DNA of 64,000 nt from Desulfobacterales bacterium (GTDB lineage Bacteria; Desulfobacterota; Desulfobacteria; Desulfobacterales; UBA2245), in NCBI GenBank assembly GCA_040771865.1, contig JAXGZF010000003.1:248001-312000 (forward strand), in the 5' to 3' direction. The notes under the pieces were generated by a model. The model ran no database searches, was not told the origin of the DNA, and worked only from the letters and a program-made list of their open reading frames with translations. Shown here one piece after another: positions 10,096 through 19,937 of the stretch. Numbering within the stretch: the first letter of the stretch is position 1; each line of letters starts with the position of its first letter. Made by a program: the position numbers and the translations under genes.

Positions 10096-10629
10096 TCAAG
10101 CCATGGGTTCGATCAATCCGTAATGTCCGTCTTTGCGGCGGTAGATCACATTGACCTGATCGGTCCGGGAGTTGGTGAAAACGAGAAAATTATTATTCAC
10201 CAGATCCATCTGCATTACGGCCTCGTCAACATCCATGGGTTTGTACTCGATACTTTGAACCATGATCTGACGATCGCTCGCATCTTCGGGCAGATTTACG
10301 GGGCCTTCCGCCATCCGTTCCAGACCGCTTTTGATACCCCCTCTTCGGTCTCTGGTTTTCTGCTTATTTTTTTTGATTTGCTTTTCCAGTTTATCCAATA
10401 CCATGTCAATCGCTGAATACATGTCGCTGGTTTCTTCTTTGCCGACAATATTGAGCCGGTCGCCGATGATGTTGATTTCGGCAATATGACGGAATTTTTC
10501 GACGGAAAGTACGACATTGGCTTCTGCGGGGTTATCAAGGAGTCTGTCGAAGCGATCCAGTTTTTCCCCGACGTAAGATTTCAAAGTTTCGGAGGGGTCA
10601 AGGTTTTTAAATGTTACAGACGTCTGCAT
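10096..10629 (-). CDS. hpf: Ribosome hibernation factor (long HPF/RaiA)
   Basis: DMYSAID, KLEKQIKK, KPMDVDEAVMQM, YRRKDGHYGLIE. Confidence 0.92.
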   Translation of the reverse strand: MQTSVTFKNLDPSETLKSYVGEKLDRFDRLLDNPAEANVVLSVEKFRHIAEINIIGDRLNIVGKEETSDMYSAIDMVLDKLEKQIKKNKQKTRDRRGGIKSGLERMAEGPVNLPEDASDRQIMVQSIEYKPMDVDEAVMQMDLVNNNFLVFTNSRTDQVNVIYRRKDGHYGLIEPMA

Positions 10630-10642
10630 AGAACGGACCTCC

Positions 10643-12070
10643 CTAAAATTTTTTGCGTTTATTTGATGGCAGAATCTTGAGCATTTCCCGATACTTGGCG
10701 ACAGTACGCCGCGCGATGTCGATATTCTCTTTTTTTAAAAACTCAGCGATTTTGTTGTCACTGAACGGTTTCCTGGGATTTTCGTTCTCAATGATCTGCC
10801 GAATCCTTTCCTGTACGCTGGCCGAAGCGATCGCATCGCCGTGAACGCGATTAATAGAACTATTAAAAAAATATTTCAATTCAAAAATACCCTGCGGCGT
10901 ATAGGCGTATTTGTTGGTTGTCACCCGGCTGATGGTCGATTCGTGCATGTTGATGTCCAGCGCTACATCTTTCAGCACCATGGGCTTCAGATACTCGATT
11001 CCATGTTCAAAGAAATTTCTCTGAAATTTCAGAATGCTTTCCATGACCCGGTAAATGGTTTTTTGACGTTGATGAATGCTGCGGATCAGCCAGGCGGCGG
11101 AGCGCAGTTTCTCCTGAATATAGCCTTTTGCCTGATCGGGGAGATCCGCTCCCTTCTTGAGGGTGTGTTTGTAAAAAGAGTTCACTCGAAGCTTGGGAAG
11201 GCCGTCATCGTTGAGAACGATGACAAAATTATTTTCGATTTTGTAAACGTATATGTCCGGAGTGATGTAGATGGGCTCATCCTCGCTAAACTGCCGGCCG
11301 GGACGGGGTTCCAGCCCCTGGATGATTTTGACTGCGGCAACGACCTCTTCGATGTCGATCTTGAGTGCACGGCTGATGGCTTTGTAATTGTTGTTTTCCA
11401 GATGGTTGAGGTGGCTGTTTATGATTGCAGTGACGATCGTGTTGTCCAGCTTCAGATGACGCACCTGGATCAGCAGACATTCCTGAAGATTCCGGGCGCA
11501 TACGCCGACAGGATCGAAAACCTGCATCCTGGCCAGTAATTTTTCGACGGTTTCTACCGTGCAGTTGCACTGCCTTGCGATTTCTTCAACCGCAATGTCC
11601 TGAAGGTATCCATCCCGATTCAGATTGCCGATGATTCTTGAGCCGATCTCCCCCTCTTCCCGGGTCGGAAAAATCATCATCAGCTGCCACATGAGATGTT
11701 CTTCGAGAGATTCTTTTTTGGAGATAAAGGATTCGAAGCTGGGAGTTTCTTTTTTTTCATATTCCGCATGAACCCGTTCCGTGGAGTTGTATTCTTCAAT
11801 GTAGTTGTTCCAGTCGATATCATCTGGAATTTTCTCTTCGATGGTTATCTCCTGGACCGGCATTTCGGCAGGAGGCTGTTCAACCTCCTCAAAGTCTTCA
11901 GATGATGTGTCCAGAACTTCTTCGAGAGCCGGATTTTCCTCCAGCTCCTGGCGGATCGTATCCATCAGTTCCAGCCGGGACAACTGCAGCAGCTTAATTG
12001 CCATCTGAAGCTGCGGCGTCATGATCAGCTGCTGTGAAAGCTTTAAATTCTGTCTGAGTTCAAGCGCCAT
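10643..12070 (-). CDS. rpoN: RNA polymerase sigma-54 factor
   Basis: TPQLQMAIKLLQL, HESTISRVT, RpoN box ARRTVAKYRE. Confidence 0.97.
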   Translation of the reverse strand: MALELRQNLKLSQQLIMTPQLQMAIKLLQLSRLELMDTIRQELEENPALEEVLDTSSEDFEEVEQPPAEMPVQEITIEEKIPDDIDWNNYIEEYNSTERVHAEYEKKETPSFESFISKKESLEEHLMWQLMMIFPTREEGEIGSRIIGNLNRDGYLQDIAVEEIARQCNCTVETVEKLLARMQVFDPVGVCARNLQECLLIQVRHLKLDNTIVTAIINSHLNHLENNNYKAISRALKIDIEEVVAAVKIIQGLEPRPGRQFSEDEPIYITPDIYVYKIENNFVIVLNDDGLPKLRVNSFYKHTLKKGADLPDQAKGYIQEKLRSAAWLIRSIHQRQKTIYRVMESILKFQRNFFEHGIEYLKPMVLKDVALDINMHESTISRVTTNKYAYTPQGIFELKYFFNSSINRVHGDAIASASVQERIRQIIENENPRKPFSDNKIAEFLKKENIDIARRTVAKYREMLKILPSNKRKKF

Positions 12071-12794
12071 ATTGCAATCTGAAATCTTCTCCTAAATAGA
12101 AGCGCCGGGCCGTTTCGCTGGCCGCAATCCATTCCGGCGGGCCCGATTCAATGACCCTTCCTTCATTGAGTATATACGCCGTATCGCATACCCCCAAAGT
12201 TTCCCTGACATTATGATCCGAGATCAGAATGCCGATACCTCTTTCTTTTAGATGCGCGATAATTTTCCTAATGTCAATAACCGCCAGAGGGTCAACTCCG
12301 GCAAACGGTTCATCGAGCAGAATGAAAGATGGATTGGTGGCCAGCGCCCGGGAAATTTCCAGCCTTCGACGTTCCCCGCCGGAGAGTTCGTTCGCTTTCT
12401 GGTTTGAAAGGTGGTGGACTCCCAGTTCCCGAAGCAGTTGATCCGCACGTTTTTCCCGAAGGGATCGGCTCAGATCAAAGAGTTCCAGAATCGCAAGGAT
12501 ATTTTGTTTGACCGTCAGTTTCCGGAATATGGATGTCTCCTGAGGAAGATAACCCACTCCCTTTCGGGCCCGCATATACATGGGATCATCCGTGATGTCC
12601 CAGTCGTTTAAAAAAATTTTCCCTCCATCGGACCGCACCATGCCGACGGTCATGTAAAAAGTGGTGGTTTTGCCGGCGCCGTTGGGACCGAGAAGACCCA
12701 CCACCGATCCGCTTTCCACGTTCAGGCTCACCGAATCGACCACCCGCTTTTCACGGTAGATCTTTACCAGGTTGTCAAGTGATAGTTTTGCCAT
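12060..12794 (-). CDS. lptB: LPS export ABC ATPase
   Basis: GPNGAGKTTTFY, LSGGERRR, LLDEPFAGVDP, SDHNVRETL. Confidence 0.95.
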   Translation of the reverse strand: MAKLSLDNLVKIYREKRVVDSVSLNVESGSVVGLLGPNGAGKTTTFYMTVGMVRSDGGKIFLNDWDITDDPMYMRARKGVGYLPQETSIFRKLTVKQNILAILELFDLSRSLREKRADQLLRELGVHHLSNQKANELSGGERRRLEISRALATNPSFILLDEPFAGVDPLAVIDIRKIIAHLKERGIGILISDHNVRETLGVCDTAYILNEGRVIESGPPEWIAASETARRFYLGEDFRLQYGA

Positions 12795-12803
12795 CCACTG
12801 ATC

Positions 12804-13349
12804 TCAGGGCGTTTTTCCAGGCGGTGTGTGGAATTGGGCTTCCACCCGTCTGTCCCGGCCGCTTTCAACCTCGATACGACCGCTGGTTTGATAATAGGTG
12901 ATCTGATCTCCGGATATCGTATCGTTCCCGCTGACAATCCTCGCCGGACTGCCCGATAAAATCAACACCTTTGTGTCGTTAATGTAGACGGCCTGATCGG
13001 CTTGTGCAACCCTGTTTTCAAAATGAATCACCACGTTGCCGGACGCGATGATTTTTTCGATCGCGGCGCTTCTGCTTTCTCCCTGCAACCCTTCCTGGGA
13101 ATGAAAAATTTTCAGGCTGGCGGCGGTGATGACCCTGTCGTCCTGAACGGCCCGCACATTACCGGAAAATTCCGCCACGGTTTTTTCTATGTCGTACAGC
13201 AGCCGGTCCGAAGTGATTTCGATCCTGTTGGTTTGCACCGGATTATTCGCCGTCTCCGGTGCCTCGGCCCGTACAATTGAAGCGCCGATCCACAGAACGG
13301 CAATGAAATGAATCATAAAAGATAAGCTGATTTTAAAAAATGACTTCAT
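12804..13349 (-). CDS. lptA: LPS transport periplasmic protein LptA
   Basis: Signal peptide, OstA-like beta motifs (IEITSD, FSGNVRAVQ, ASGNV), synteny. Confidence 0.8.
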   Translation of the reverse strand: MKSFFKISLSFMIHFIAVLWIGASIVRAEAPETANNPVQTNRIEITSDRLLYDIEKTVAEFSGNVRAVQDDRVITAASLKIFHSQEGLQGESRSAAIEKIIASGNVVIHFENRVAQADQAVYINDTKVLILSGSPARIVSGNDTISGDQITYYQTSGRIEVESGRDRRVEAQFHTPPGKTP

Positions 13350-13920
13350 TGAAGACGCCCTTTACGTTTCCGTTTAACACGGCGTTTGAGCTGTTCAAAT
13401 CAATTGAAATTGTATCTGCGCGAAGATCGAGCCCCTGCCCGGAAATGGCAACCGGTTTATGAGACAGAATCGTGCCGGCCTTGAAGTTGTACAGCAGATG
13501 CTCTGTTTGAAGCGAAAAGGCTTCAGCCTCAGCCGAGATGTTGCCGGTCAGCTCGATGTCGTTGGAGTCCGTGTACAGGATACCTTTATCGGCTTTAAGC
13601 CGGATTTGCTTCTGATCTTTGAAAAAAAATACCACCGATGGCTCGTCAACGATTGCCTGATGTTTTTCATCGATAAATATTGCAGACAGGGCGTCCAGAG
13701 TCCACTGCCTGATTCCGTCTCGGGTGGCAGTATGGTGAAGCTGATTCAGCGACAGGCTGGCCGGCTCGGATTCAGGTGCGGCTTCCGGAGTTTCATGGCC
13801 GTTCGGTCGGGACTGATAGATCGAAAAAACTCTGAAAATGCCGAACAGCGTCAGAAAAATAAGAAACAGCAGAACCCACTTGAGGTGTTTTGAAAAGAGA
13901 TTCGTCCTAATCAGCGGCAT
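13333..13920 (-). CDS. lptC: LPS export protein LptC
   Basis: N-terminal TM, QWTLDA, LTGNI, LNGNVKG; lies between kdsC and lptA. Confidence 0.75.
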   Translation of the reverse strand: MPLIRTNLFSKHLKWVLLFLIFLTLFGIFRVFSIYQSRPNGHETPEAAPESEPASLSLNQLHHTATRDGIRQWTLDALSAIFIDEKHQAIVDEPSVVFFFKDQKQIRLKADKGILYTDSNDIELTGNISAEAEAFSLQTEHLLYNFKAGTILSHKPVAISGQGLDLRADTISIDLNSSNAVLNGNVKGVFNEVIF

Positions 13921-14449
13921 CTGAAAAACGTTTCAATACTTTTTCCCAAAGATTCCGGGACTGGAGCAAACACTCGCATACTTCCCGCACGGCGCCTTTG
14001 CCGCCTTTGGATTCGGTTGTCATCATCGCCGTTTTTTTGATCAACGGATGCGCGTCAGCGACGGCTACCGGAAGCCCGACGCGTTGCATGAGGGCCAGAT
14101 CGGGAAGATCATCGCCGATAAATGCCATCTCTTCAAAGGAGATGTCGAGTTTTTCCGCCAAGGCGCTGACAGCCGCAGTCTTATTGCTCAGCCCCTCCAG
14201 AACGTGGGGAATGCGAAGCTCCCGACACCGGCGCCGCAGGGATTCGGATGCTCTTCCGGTGGCGATGCACACCTCGATTCCGGACTCGACCAGCAGCCGC
14301 AGTCCCAGGCCGTCTTTGACGTTAAATACTTTGATTTCATAACCATCTGCGCTGAAGATGATTCCGCCGTCGGTCAGCACTCCGTCGACATCCAGTACCA
14401 GCAGTTTGATTTTTTGCAGGGCATTGAAAACCTCGGGTTTTGGATTCAT
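13907..14449 (-). CDS. kdsC: KDO-8-phosphate phosphatase
   Basis: LDVDGVLTDG, FNVKDG, IGDDLPD, GGKGAVRE. Confidence 0.92.
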   Translation of the reverse strand: MNPKPEVFNALQKIKLLVLDVDGVLTDGGIIFSADGYEIKVFNVKDGLGLRLLVESGIEVCIATGRASESLRRRCRELRIPHVLEGLSNKTAAVSALAEKLDISFEEMAFIGDDLPDLALMQRVGLPVAVADAHPLIKKTAMMTTESKGGKGAVREVCECLLQSRNLWEKVLKRFSDAAD

Positions 14450-14464
14450 TTTGGCCTTATGCTT

Positions 14465-15304
14465 TCACGTAAGCGATGAATCGACGGGTTGCGCAGCCTT
14501 TCGAATGGCCTTGAGCTGTTCGAATACTGTTTCCAGCGAGTCCAGCGGCAGGGAGTTGGGCCCGTCGCACAGGGCCTTGTCCGGGTCCGGATGAACCTCC
14601 ATGAAAATGCCGTCCGCCCCGGCCGCCACTGCGGCTCTGGAAAGCATCGGCGCGAACTCGCGCTGGCCTCCCGAACAATTCCCCTGGCCTCCGGGCAGTT
14701 GAATGCTGTGCGTTGCATCAAATATGACGGGCCATCCGATATCGTGCAGCACCTTGATGCTTCGAAAATCGACCACCAGGTTGTTGTATCCGAAAAAGGT
14801 ACCCCGTTCGGTCAGCAGAATGCGTTCGTTGCCGGCGAAGGTGATTTTTTTGACCACATGGGCCATGTCCCAGGGCGCCAGGAATTGTCCCTTCTTGATA
14901 TTGAGGGGTTTTCCCGTGCCGGCGGCGGCCAGAATGAAGTCGGTCTGGCGGCACAGAAAGGCCGGTATTTGAAGGATATCCAATACGCTTGCCGCTGCTG
15001 GAATTTCCTGTTCGGTATGAACATCGGAGAGTACCGCAATCTTGAGGTCCGACTTTATTTTATGAAGGATTTCAAGCCCGTCGGTGATTCCCGGACCTCG
15101 ATAAGCATCGATCGAAGTACGGTTCGCCTTGTCGTAGGACGCCTTGAATATAAAAGGTATTTCAAGCCTTCCGGTGAGTTCTTTCAAAAAAGAAGCGATG
15201 CGGTAAGTGGTCGGGTAATCCTCGATCACGCAGGGCCCTGCGATAATGATCAGGGGATGTTCCGGTCCGATCTGAATGTTTCCAATTTTTACAACCCGAG
15301 CCAT
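14465..15304 (-). CDS. kdsA: KDO-8-phosphate synthase
   Basis: AGPCVIE, KASYDKANRTS, IPAFLCRQTD, KKGQFLAPW, FDATHS. Confidence 0.96.
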   Translation of the reverse strand: MARVVKIGNIQIGPEHPLIIIAGPCVIEDYPTTYRIASFLKELTGRLEIPFIFKASYDKANRTSIDAYRGPGITDGLEILHKIKSDLKIAVLSDVHTEQEIPAAASVLDILQIPAFLCRQTDFILAAAGTGKPLNIKKGQFLAPWDMAHVVKKITFAGNERILLTERGTFFGYNNLVVDFRSIKVLHDIGWPVIFDATHSIQLPGGQGNCSGGQREFAPMLSRAAVAAGADGIFMEVHPDPDKALCDGPNSLPLDSLETVFEQLKAIRKAAQPVDSSLT

Positions 15305-15568
15305 ATTGTACTATAAGACCATTCATCGAAGACAATTTGTATGGTGTTTGCTGACGGCGATATCGACGCCCGCCCACCGGACGTCCGGTTGCCAGGTACG
15401 GCTGTAAATCCGTATATTTCGGATGTTTAAAGCAGTCTATCGTGCACCCCAGTAAATGTCAAGAAACGAAAATCAGGCCTTGATTAGCGGATTTTTAGCT
15501 GTTAATGTTCTAATTCAATTACATAAACAAAGACGAGATAAGGCGTTTCGGCAGGAGAAAATAAGAGC

Positions 15569-16927
15569 TTGAAATCACGATTATGGCTGTGGCTGGCCGC
15601 GCTGATTCTGGCGCCGATGGTCTGGATTCTGACAATATTTCTGGAAGGAGAGGCGCCGAATGCGGTTCTTGAAATGACTTCAGGCGGCATCGGCCGTTCC
15701 GGAGAATTGTCCGTTTCGGCTTCCGACATGAAGAGGGGGCTCCGTCGCTTACGGATCGACTTGCTCAAGGATGGGAAAGAGATGATCCTGTTCGAGAAGG
15801 ATTTTGCGCGGTTGGGATGGTTCAGCGGCGGAACCGACCATGAGATTTCCTTCAAGGTCGCGGTTGAGCCGGGGAAATTGGGAATATCCGACGGCAAGGC
15901 GCTTATCCGACTGTCCGTTCGGGATCACTCATGGCGGAAATGGCTGAAAGGAAATCTGACTTATCTGGAAAAAGAAGTCATGATCGATACCCAGCCGCCT
16001 AAGGTGGATGTCCTTACCAGAGTCCACAACCTTGGTCAGGGTGGAACCGGTCTGGTGATTTACAGGGTTTCCGAGCCAGGAACCAACAGCGGAGTTCAGG
16101 TCGGCGGCAATTTCTTTCCGGGGCATGGCGGATATTTCAAAGACCCCGATATCTGCATGGCCTTATTCGCCCTTGGTGATGATCAGGGGCCTGGAACCAC
16201 GATTCATGTCAGCGCCCGGGATGCGGCCGGAAACAGCACGATGGCCGGTTTTCCCTATCATATTCGCAAAACCCGCTATCCGGAAGACAAAATCAATATT
16301 TCAGATCAGTTTCTAAACTGGAAGCTTCCGGAATTTGCCGATGAAATTCCATCTGATGCGTCCCAGTTGCCGGTAGACCGTTTTTTGTGGGTCAACCGGA
16401 ATCTGAGAAAGCAGAGTATTGAAAAAATATGCGAAATCACAAAACAGACGGATAAGGATATTTACTGGAAGGGCACTTTTCTGCGCCTGCCCAACTCCGC
16501 CACGCGTGCGGGTTTCGGGGATCGTCGCAAATATTGGTATGAGGGGCGTATGATCGACGAGCAGGTTCACAAGGGAATCGATCTGGCTTCTTTAGCGCAA
16601 TCCCCGGTTCCGGCATCCGGAAGTGGAAAGGTGATTTTTACCGATAATATCGGCATCTTCGGTAAAACCGTTGTCGTAGATCATGGTTTCGGGCTTTTTA
16701 CCACCTATTCGCATTTGAGTGCCGTCGATGTTCAACCCGGTCAGATGGTGGCCAAGGGGAAAATCCTCGGCCGAACGGGCACGACCGGAATGGCCGGCGG
16801 GGATCACCTGCATTACGGGGTGATGGTGCATGGCGTTTTTGTGAATCCGCTGGAATGGTGGGACGCTTCCTGGATTGAAAACAATATCTTGTCCAAAATT
16901 GAAAGCGTGAAAAGCGGATTGAACTGA
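15569..16927 (+). CDS. M23 family metallopeptidase (membrane-anchored)
   Basis: HKGIDLA, YSHLS, GTTGMAGGDHLHY; N-terminal hydrophobic segment. Confidence 0.88.
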   Translation: MKSRLWLWLAALILAPMVWILTIFLEGEAPNAVLEMTSGGIGRSGELSVSASDMKRGLRRLRIDLLKDGKEMILFEKDFARLGWFSGGTDHEISFKVAVEPGKLGISDGKALIRLSVRDHSWRKWLKGNLTYLEKEVMIDTQPPKVDVLTRVHNLGQGGTGLVIYRVSEPGTNSGVQVGGNFFPGHGGYFKDPDICMALFALGDDQGPGTTIHVSARDAAGNSTMAGFPYHIRKTRYPEDKINISDQFLNWKLPEFADEIPSDASQLPVDRFLWVNRNLRKQSIEKICEITKQTDKDIYWKGTFLRLPNSATRAGFGDRRKYWYEGRMIDEQVHKGIDLASLAQSPVPASGSGKVIFTDNIGIFGKTVVVDHGFGLFTTYSHLSAVDVQPGQMVAKGKILGRTGTTGMAGGDHLHYGVMVHGVFVNPLEWWDASWIENNILSKIESVKSGLN

Positions 16928-16984
16928 TTGGAAGCTGTCGGAGCGCTTTCAAGTCGAATTCGGTTTTAGCAGAAATGAGCGTTC

Positions 16985-18175
16985 ATGAAATCGTGCAAAG
17001 TTTCAAAAACTTATCAGCAGATCAACGCCAAAATTCGTTCGGGCGAGGTCGTTGTCGTGACGGCCGAAGAAATGATCGACATCGTCAGGGACAAGGGGCC
17101 TGTGGAAGCGGCCCTTCAGGTGGATGTCGTGACCACCGGCACATTTGCGCCGATGTGTTCATCCGGTGCGTTTATCAACTTCGGTCATTCGATTCCGGGC
17201 ATCAAGGCCTCCCGCGTCTGGATCAACGATGTTCCGGCTTACGCCGGCCTGGCGGCAGTGGATTGCTATCTTGGCGCCACGGAGCCTGCCGAGGATGATC
17301 CGTTAAATAAAATTCATCCCGGGCAGTTCAACTACGGCGGAGGCCATGTGATCGAAGATCTTCTGGCCGGCCGAAAGGTTTCCCTTCGAGCCTCCGGATA
17401 TGGAACCACCTGTTATCCGAATCGGCGGATCGAAAAACAGATTGCGCTGGCCGATCTTCCCAATGCCGTTTTGTGCAATCCGAGAAACGGATATCAGAAT
17501 TACAACTGCGCCGTGAACCTGACACGGAAAACCATTTACACTTACATGGGAACGCTTAAACCCATGGCCGCCAACGCCAATTACTGCTCAGCCGGTCAGT
17601 TGAGTCCGCTTTTGAATGATCCCTATTTCAGGACGATCGGGCTTGGCACCCGTATTTTCCTTGGCGGAGGCGTTGGATATGTGACCTGGCACGGCACCCA
17701 GCACAGATGTGAGGTCGAACGCACGCCGGAAGGCGTTCCAACCCGGCCGGGAGGGACTCTGTGGCTGATGGGAGATATGAAAACCATGAGTCCCGAGTGG
17801 ATCCGGGGTGTCAGCATTCAGGGGTACGGTTGCTCGATGGCGGTAGGATTCGGGATTCCCATACCGATATTGAACGAGGAAATGGCTTTTCATACGGGGG
17901 TATCCGACGATCGAATCTTCACCCAGATCATTGACTACGGGCAGGATTATCCCAATGGAATCAACAGGAGTCTTGGAACCGTCAGCTATGCGCAGCTCAG
18001 GAGTGGAACCATAACGCTCAACGGCGAGTCGGTTCAGACCGTGCCGCTTTCCAGTCTGGTCAAGGCCAGAGAGATTGCCGGGATTCTGAAAGACTGGATC
18101 GCAAATGGAAAATTTCTTCTGGGCGAACCTCAATTTACCTTGCCCAGCATCGCGTCTCCTGCGGCGGCCTATTGA
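16985..18175 (+). CDS. Homocysteine biosynthesis protein (DUF39 / aspartate-semialdehyde sulfurtransferase type)
   Basis: KTYQQINAKI, VDVVTTGTFAPMCSSG, YGGGHVIEDL, NPRNGYQNY, GQLSPLLNDP, TIGLGTRIFLGG. Confidence 0.8.
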   Translation: MKSCKVSKTYQQINAKIRSGEVVVVTAEEMIDIVRDKGPVEAALQVDVVTTGTFAPMCSSGAFINFGHSIPGIKASRVWINDVPAYAGLAAVDCYLGATEPAEDDPLNKIHPGQFNYGGGHVIEDLLAGRKVSLRASGYGTTCYPNRRIEKQIALADLPNAVLCNPRNGYQNYNCAVNLTRKTIYTYMGTLKPMAANANYCSAGQLSPLLNDPYFRTIGLGTRIFLGGGVGYVTWHGTQHRCEVERTPEGVPTRPGGTLWLMGDMKTMSPEWIRGVSIQGYGCSMAVGFGIPIPILNEEMAFHTGVSDDRIFTQIIDYGQDYPNGINRSLGTVSYAQLRSGTITLNGESVQTVPLSSLVKAREIAGILKDWIANGKFLLGEPQFTLPSIASPAAAY

Positions 18176-18208
18176 TCTGAATCGGACAATATTCGGGATT
18201 TCGGGTGA

Positions 18209-18805
18209 ATGATACGCACTTTTATTGCCATTGAACTGCCGCCCCACGTCATGGAAGTTATCGGACGGGTTCAGGAACGGCTGAAATCTTTCGATTTCAG
18301 GATCAGCTGGGTTCGTATGGAAAATATTCATCTGACGCTGAAATTTCTGGGGGATGTTGATTCCGACCGTGTTCCGGAAATCGGAAAGTTGATGACGCAG
18401 GCGCTTTCCCGGCAGGAATCCCTGGAAATTTTTGCCAGCGGTTTGGGCGTGTTCCCGGGTATACAAAGTCCCCGGGTGATATGGATCGGCATCGGTGGAC
18501 AGGTGCAGCGTATTGCAGCGATTCAGGCCTCGATTGATCAATATCTGGCGGGTGCGGGTTTCGAGAAAGAAAAGAGAGTTTTTACGGGGCATCTGACCTT
18601 GGGCCGGATCAAGGGTCAGATTGACGGCCGTCGTCTTGAGAGGGCCATGAGATCGCTTGAGGATTTTAAAACGCAGGGGTTCCGTGTGGACCATGTGAGC
18701 TTGTTCAAAAGCCAGCTGACCCCGCAGGGGGCCATTTACAGCCGTCTTGTTTCAGTGCCGCTGGAAAACAGACCGTCGGAGCAGTCCGGGTCGCCGGTTG
18801 AATGA
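18209..18805 (+). CDS. thpR: RNA 2',3'-cyclic phosphodiesterase (2H family)
   Basis: Two HxT motifs ([14 protein letters not shown]); directly upstream of recA. Confidence 0.9.
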   Translation: MIRTFIAIELPPHVMEVIGRVQERLKSFDFRISWVRMENIHLTLKFLGDVDSDRVPEIGKLMTQALSRQESLEIFASGLGVFPGIQSPRVIWIGIGGQVQRIAAIQASIDQYLAGAGFEKEKRVFTGHLTLGRIKGQIDGRRLERAMRSLEDFKTQGFRVDHVSLFKSQLTPQGAIYSRLVSVPLENRPSEQSGSPVE

Positions 18806-18852
18806 TTGCCGGCGGCGATGAAAACATAAGTCGGCTTTTGCAGGAGGATTGG

Positions 18853-19881
18853 ATGAATACTTCACCGGAGAAGACGAAAGCGGTCGAGGCCGCCATGAGT
18901 CAGATCGAGCGCCAGTTTGGAAAAGGATCCATCATGAAGCTGGGCAGCCGCCCTGTTGCGGATGTGCCCGTGATATCCACAGGATCTCTGGCTCTCGACA
19001 AGGCCCTGGGGATCGGCGGAATTCCCAGGGGACGGGTTGTTGAGATATTCGGCCCGGAATCTTCCGGCAAGACCACCCTGGCGCTGCATGCAGTTGCATC
19101 GGTTCAGAAGCGTGGAGGCATTGCCGCCTTTATAGACGCTGAACACGCTCTGGATACCGAATACGCCAAGAAGTTGGGCGTCAACTGTGATGAGCTTCTG
19201 GTTTCCCAGCCGGATACAGGCGAACAGGCCTTGGAAATTGCCGATATGCTGGTGCGGAGCGGCGCCGTCGAGATCTTGGTGATAGATTCGGTCGCCGCTC
19301 TTGTGCCGAGGGCCGAGATCGAGGGGGAGATGGGTGATGCCCATATGGGTCTTCAGGCAAGGCTGATGTCGCAGGCTCTGCGCAAACTGACGGCCAACAT
19401 CGGAAAAACCATGACCACCGTGATATTCATCAACCAGATTCGTATGAAAATCGGCGTGATGTTCGGCAATCCGGAGACGACTACCGGAGGGAACGCCCTG
19501 AAATTTTACGCCTCTTTGCGGCTGGATATTCGGCGTACCGGTGCGATCAAGGACGGTCAGGATATCGTCGGCAACCGAACCAAGGTCAGGGTGGTGAAAA
19601 ACAAGATGGCACCCCCGTTCAAGGAAGCCGAATTCGATATCATGTACGGTGAAGGGATCTCACAGACCGGAGATCTGATCGATATCGGTGTGGATATCGG
19701 CGTGATTGAAAAGAGCGGTTCCTGGTATTCTTTCAGCGGCGAGCGGATCGGGCAGGGGAGGGAAAACGCCAAGAAGCTCTTAACCGAGAACAGGGAGCTT
19801 CATGACGCCATCCGTTCCCGGGTGAGATCCGGTCTGGGGCTTCCCGAAATCAACGAGGAAACTGCCGCCGACAGACCGTGA
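18853..19881 (+). CDS. recA: Recombinase A
   Basis: [52 protein letters not shown] precedes the ATG at 18853. Confidence 0.98.
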   Translation: MNTSPEKTKAVEAAMSQIERQFGKGSIMKLGSRPVADVPVISTGSLALDKALGIGGIPRGRVVEIFGPESSGKTTLALHAVASVQKRGGIAAFIDAEHALDTEYAKKLGVNCDELLVSQPDTGEQALEIADMLVRSGAVEILVIDSVAALVPRAEIEGEMGDAHMGLQARLMSQALRKLTANIGKTMTTVIFINQIRMKIGVMFGNPETTTGGNALKFYASLRLDIRRTGAIKDGQDIVGNRTKVRVVKNKMAPPFKEAEFDIMYGEGISQTGDLIDIGVDIGVIEKSGSWYSFSGERIGQGRENAKKLLTENRELHDAIRSRVRSGLGLPEINEETAADRP

Positions 19882-19937
19882 AATGAAACCGGCTGAAATA
19901 AGGGGTCCATTAACAGATTTCAACGACGGAGCATTCG

